From Pedosphaera sp. (GTDB lineage Bacteria > Verrucomicrobiota > Verrucomicrobiia > Limisphaerales > SIBH01): DNA of 39,928 nucleotides. The stretch's first letter is position 1, and each line of letters begins with the position of its first letter. The DNA lies in contig JANOQV010000237.1 of assembly GCA_031414955.1 (NCBI GenBank), positions 1 through 39,928 on the forward strand. Direction: 5' to 3'. This document shows, piece after piece, positions 36,937 through 39,928 of the stretch. The translations under genes and the position numbers were made by a program. The notes below the pieces were generated by a model that ran no database searches, was not told the origin of the DNA, and was given only the letters and a program-made list of their open reading frames with translations.

Positions 36937-38618
36937 CGATTCACTCCTGTGTTTTTCAATTCTCCGTAAGACACCGTGCCGCGGCTCAACTCGGCCGGCA
37001 GCTTTGCTTCTTCATCCAAATCCAGGCAACGCAACAAGCCCTTCTTTACTTCCTGGTAGCGATAGCCGGTCTCGGGGCACTTCATGATGCCGTCCGGGCC
37101 GGCGTGCAGCTTGTGGCCGTGGCGGCTCATCCAGCCGACCTGCTTGGCAGGATTGCCGACGACGAGCGCGTAGTCGGGAACATCCTTGGTCACCACCGCG
37201 CCCGCGCCGATGAAGGCGTAGCGCCCGATGGTCGTACCGCAAACGATGGTCGAGTTCGCGCCCACGGTGCAGCCGCGCTTGAGTCGGGTGGTTTCGTAAA
37301 GTGAGTGGCGGTTCACCTGCGAACGGGGATTGGTCACGTTGGTCAGCACGCAGGACGGGCCGAGGAACACGTCGTCCTCGATGATGGTGCCGGTATAGAC
37401 CGAGACGTTGTTCTGAATCTTGACGTTGTTCCCAATGGTCGTGCCGCCGTCGATGTTGACGTTCTGGCCGATGACGCAGCGCTCGCCGAGCTTCGCGCCT
37501 TTGATGATGTGGGCGAAATGCCAGACCTTGGTGCCCGCGCCGATTTCGGAGCCGGCGTCCACGCAGGCGGTCGGATGCGCGAAATAGGGCAGAGCCTTCT
37601 GCTCCGGGCTGGCGGATTCCAGTTCGACCGCCGTGCCCTTGTTGAGCAGCGAACGCTGGCAGGCATCAAGCACGTTCAGCACGCGCAAGCCTTCGCGACC
37701 GTCGGTGAGCGGTGCTTTGCGCGAACGCACACTGTCGATGAAATGCTGGCACTCGGTCTTGAGCGGCTCCTGCTTGTCGAGCGCGACCACCTCGCCCTTG
37801 GCCTTGATGGCGGTCGGGATGCGGTTCTTCCACTCCACCTTGTGCGGATAAAGCACGAGCTTGTCGTCGATGGTGTCGTCGAACACGGCCATCTTGTCCG
37901 AGCCGACCACGACGAGACGCTGCTCCTTCACCGGGTGCAACCAGCTCACATAGATGTGCGCCTGCACGCCGCTCGGGAAACTGAACTGGCTCATCGTCAC
38001 GTCGAAAATATCGCTGCTCAGATACGCGCCGCCCTGGCAGGTGATGCGGTTCGGAACTTCATTGAGCAGGGAGAGGATCACCGAGATGTCGTGCGGGGCG
38101 AAGCTCCAGAGAATGTTTTCCTCGGTGCGGATTTTCCCGATGTTGAGACGGTTCGAGTACAGGTAGTGAATTTTCCCCAACTCGCCCTTCTGGATCAGCT
38201 CCTGTAATTTCACCACCGCCGGATGATAGCGGAGAATGTGGCCGACCATGAGGATGCGACCGCGGGCCTCGGCGAGTTCCACGAGTTCCCTGCCCTGCTT
38301 CACTTCGATGGCGAGCGGCTTCTCGACATAGACATCCTTGCCCGCCTCGAGCGCGGCCTTCGCCATGTCGTAGTGGGTGACGGCGGGCGTGGAGAGCGCC
38401 ACGGCGTGGATGGACGGATCGGCCAGCACCTGCTTGTAGTCGCGGACGAAGCGGACGTTGCTGTACTGCGCCTTGTGGTCCGTCTCCACCGATTCACGCG
38501 AATCGCAGATGACCGAGAGCGCGCCCAGTTCGTGGAAGTTGCGCACGAGGTTTTTGCCCCAGTAGCCCATGCCGATCGCGGCGACGTTCACGCCCTGGTT
38601 GTTCGATTGGTTCTGCAT
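36933..38618 (-). CDS. Fused Gfo/Idh/MocA oxidoreductase (WbpB-like) and hexapeptide N-acetyltransferase (WbpD-like)
   Basis: ATG 38618 with GGAAAGAG upstream. N-half has GMGYWG, VEKP and WSFAPHD. C-half has HPTACVD..GTKVWHF, KIQNNVSVY, TNVTNPRS and VVGNPAKQVGW. Confidence 0.9.
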   Translation of the reverse strand: MQNQSNNQGVNVAAIGMGYWGKNLVRNFHELGALSVICDSRESVETDHKAQYSNVRFVRDYKQVLADPSIHAVALSTPAVTHYDMAKAALEAGKDVYVEKPLAIEVKQGRELVELAEARGRILMVGHILRYHPAVVKLQELIQKGELGKIHYLYSNRLNIGKIRTEENILWSFAPHDISVILSLLNEVPNRITCQGGAYLSSDIFDVTMSQFSFPSGVQAHIYVSWLHPVKEQRLVVVGSDKMAVFDDTIDDKLVLYPHKVEWKNRIPTAIKAKGEVVALDKQEPLKTECQHFIDSVRSRKAPLTDGREGLRVLNVLDACQRSLLNKGTAVELESASPEQKALPYFAHPTACVDAGSEIGAGTKVWHFAHIIKGAKLGERCVIGQNVNIDGGTTIGNNVKIQNNVSVYTGTIIEDDVFLGPSCVLTNVTNPRSQVNRHSLYETTRLKRGCTVGANSTIVCGTTIGRYAFIGAGAVVTKDVPDYALVVGNPAKQVGWMSRHGHKLHAGPDGIMKCPETGYRYQEVKKGLLRCLDLDEEAKLPAELSRGTVSYGELKNTGVNR

Positions 38619-38695
38619 TGTCGTCTCTTTCCACCGGCACAACGGCCGGTTTGCTCCGCTAACTCATCGTCTTGTCGTCAGAAAATCCTGAGCCG

Positions 38696-39748
38696 TTACT
38701 TCAGCAAAGCCACGCACTTGGCGGACACACAGCCTTCGCCGTAGAGCGCAGGGCGTGAAGCGGGCGGCGCGAAGGTGCGAATGCTGTTCACAATGGAATC
38801 ACGGTCAAAGCCGGCGAGCCTGTTCCATCCGCTCTCGACGGTTTCCACCCACTCGGTCTCGTCGCGCAGCGTCACGCACGGCACGCCCAGCCAGTAAGCC
38901 TCCTTCTGCAAGCCGCCGGAATCGGTGAGAACGAGACGGGCCGAGCCGGTCAGCGTCACCATGTCGAAATAGCCCAACGGCTCGATGAGTTTGATGTGCG
39001 GTTTGAGTTGGTGGCCGCCCTCGGCGAGCACCTTGCGGAAGCGCGGGTGCGCGGGAAACAGCACCGGCTCGTCCAGCGCGTTGAAGGCATTGAGAATGTT
39101 GACCAGGCGCTTGGGGTCATCGGTGTTCTCGCTGCGATGCACGGTGGCCATCAGGTAGCCGTTTTTCTTGAGACCCAGGCGACCGAGTGTTTCCGAAGCC
39201 TTGGGCGCGGAGCGTTCCCTGGCCCAGTTCAACACGTCGAGCATCACGTCGCCGACAAGGTGGACGCCTTTCGTGATGCCTTCGGAGGTGAGGTTCGTAA
39301 TCGCCGTCGAGCTGGGGCAGAGCAGCAGCGCCGAGAGATGATCCGCAATGACGCGATTCACTTCCTCCGGCATGCGACGGTTGAAGCTGCGCAGGCCGGC
39401 CTCCACATGGACGACCGGGATGTGGAGCTTCGAGGCCGCGAGCGCGCCGGCCAGCGTGGAATTGGTGTCGCCGTAGATCAGCACCCAGTCGGGCTTCTCC
39501 TGAATCATCACTTCCTCGACCGACTTCAGCATCGCGCCCGTCTGCGCACCGTGCGTACCGGAGCCGACGCCGAGATTGAAGTCGGGCGCGGGAATCTCCA
39601 ACCCGTCGAAGAACACGCCCGACATGGCGTAGTCATAGTGCTGCCCGGTGTGAACGAGCAGTTCCTTGTGATGCTTGCGCAACTCGCGGCTGACCGCCGC
39701 CGCCTTGATGAACTGCGGCCTCGCGCCAACTATGCTGACAATTTTCAT
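38696..39748 (-). CDS. wecB: UDP-N-acetylglucosamine 2-epimerase, non-hydrolysing (WecB/WbpI-like)
   Basis: Start ATG 39748. VGARPQFIK, HTGQHYD, GDTNST, HVEAGLRS, PEEVNR, TDSGGLQKEA and RDETEW motifs. Confidence 0.93.
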   Translation of the reverse strand: MKIVSIVGARPQFIKAAAVSRELRKHHKELLVHTGQHYDYAMSGVFFDGLEIPAPDFNLGVGSGTHGAQTGAMLKSVEEVMIQEKPDWVLIYGDTNSTLAGALAASKLHIPVVHVEAGLRSFNRRMPEEVNRVIADHLSALLLCPSSTAITNLTSEGITKGVHLVGDVMLDVLNWARERSAPKASETLGRLGLKKNGYLMATVHRSENTDDPKRLVNILNAFNALDEPVLFPAHPRFRKVLAEGGHQLKPHIKLIEPLGYFDMVTLTGSARLVLTDSGGLQKEAYWLGVPCVTLRDETEWVETVESGWNRLAGFDRDSIVNSIRTFAPPASRPALYGEGCVSAKCVALLK

Positions 39749-39849
39749 TCTGTTTCCCTGTCGGCTTCCCGGTTGAAAAGCCGCGTGCCGGTTGAACTCA
39801 AAATCTTGCCGCGTTCGAATCCCGATGGAGGCAACCAGGCCCAAACGCC

Positions 39850-39916
39850 GGAGCGCCGAGCATTGCTCGGCCTGAAGCGGTTTCCAGGCCCGCTGCCGAG
39901 CATTGCTCGGCGCTCC
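39850..39916. repeat. REP/REPIN-like doublet of palindromes
   Basis: GCCGAGCATTGCTCGGC at 39855-39871 and 39895-39911, bracketed by GGAGC (39850) and GCTCC (39916). Confidence 0.65.
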
Positions 39917-39928
39917 GTCCCGATACGC

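Noticed and set aside
39764..39837. tRNA-like fragment on the + strand (GTTCGAATCCC...ACCA, with GCTTCC/GGAGGC pairing)
   Set aside because: There is no convincing anticodon arm or T stem and the spacing is wrong; likely chance or an unrecognisable relic.

Overview
A GC-rich bacterial window in which every credible gene lies on the minus strand. The TN-rich, modular secreted proteins suggest Verrucomicrobiota (Pedosphaera/Limisphaera-like), which is an inference. Bases 39748 to 8399 hold a ~31 kb Wzx/Wzy-type surface polysaccharide locus. It encodes a WbpI/WbpB-WbpD/WbpE-like diacetamido-uronic acid pathway, six glycosyltransferases, a flippase, a polymerase/ligase, two deacetylases, an acetyltransferase, a methyltransferase, an AsnB-like amide ligase lacking the catalytic N-terminal Cys, and two paralogous secreted beta-helix proteins. 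A strong terminator follows, then a giant (>2639 aa) repetitive surface protein that runs off the left edge and is absent from the ORF track. Two observations stand out. (1) A full-length but non-canonical tRNA-Thr(UGU) gene (28170-28244) keeps the ThrRS identity bases but has lost G18G19, U33 and a regular T-stem. It has its own putative promoter and hairpin and lies directly behind a ChbG deacetylase and a FemAB/GNAT-like gene. This is a candidate dedicated non-ribosomal tRNA system for threonylating a polysaccharide. (2) An orphan integron gene cassette, a PD-(D/E)XK-like gene with an attC, appears to have inserted at a secondary site between two operon genes. All functional calls come from reading motifs by eye; no searches were run.
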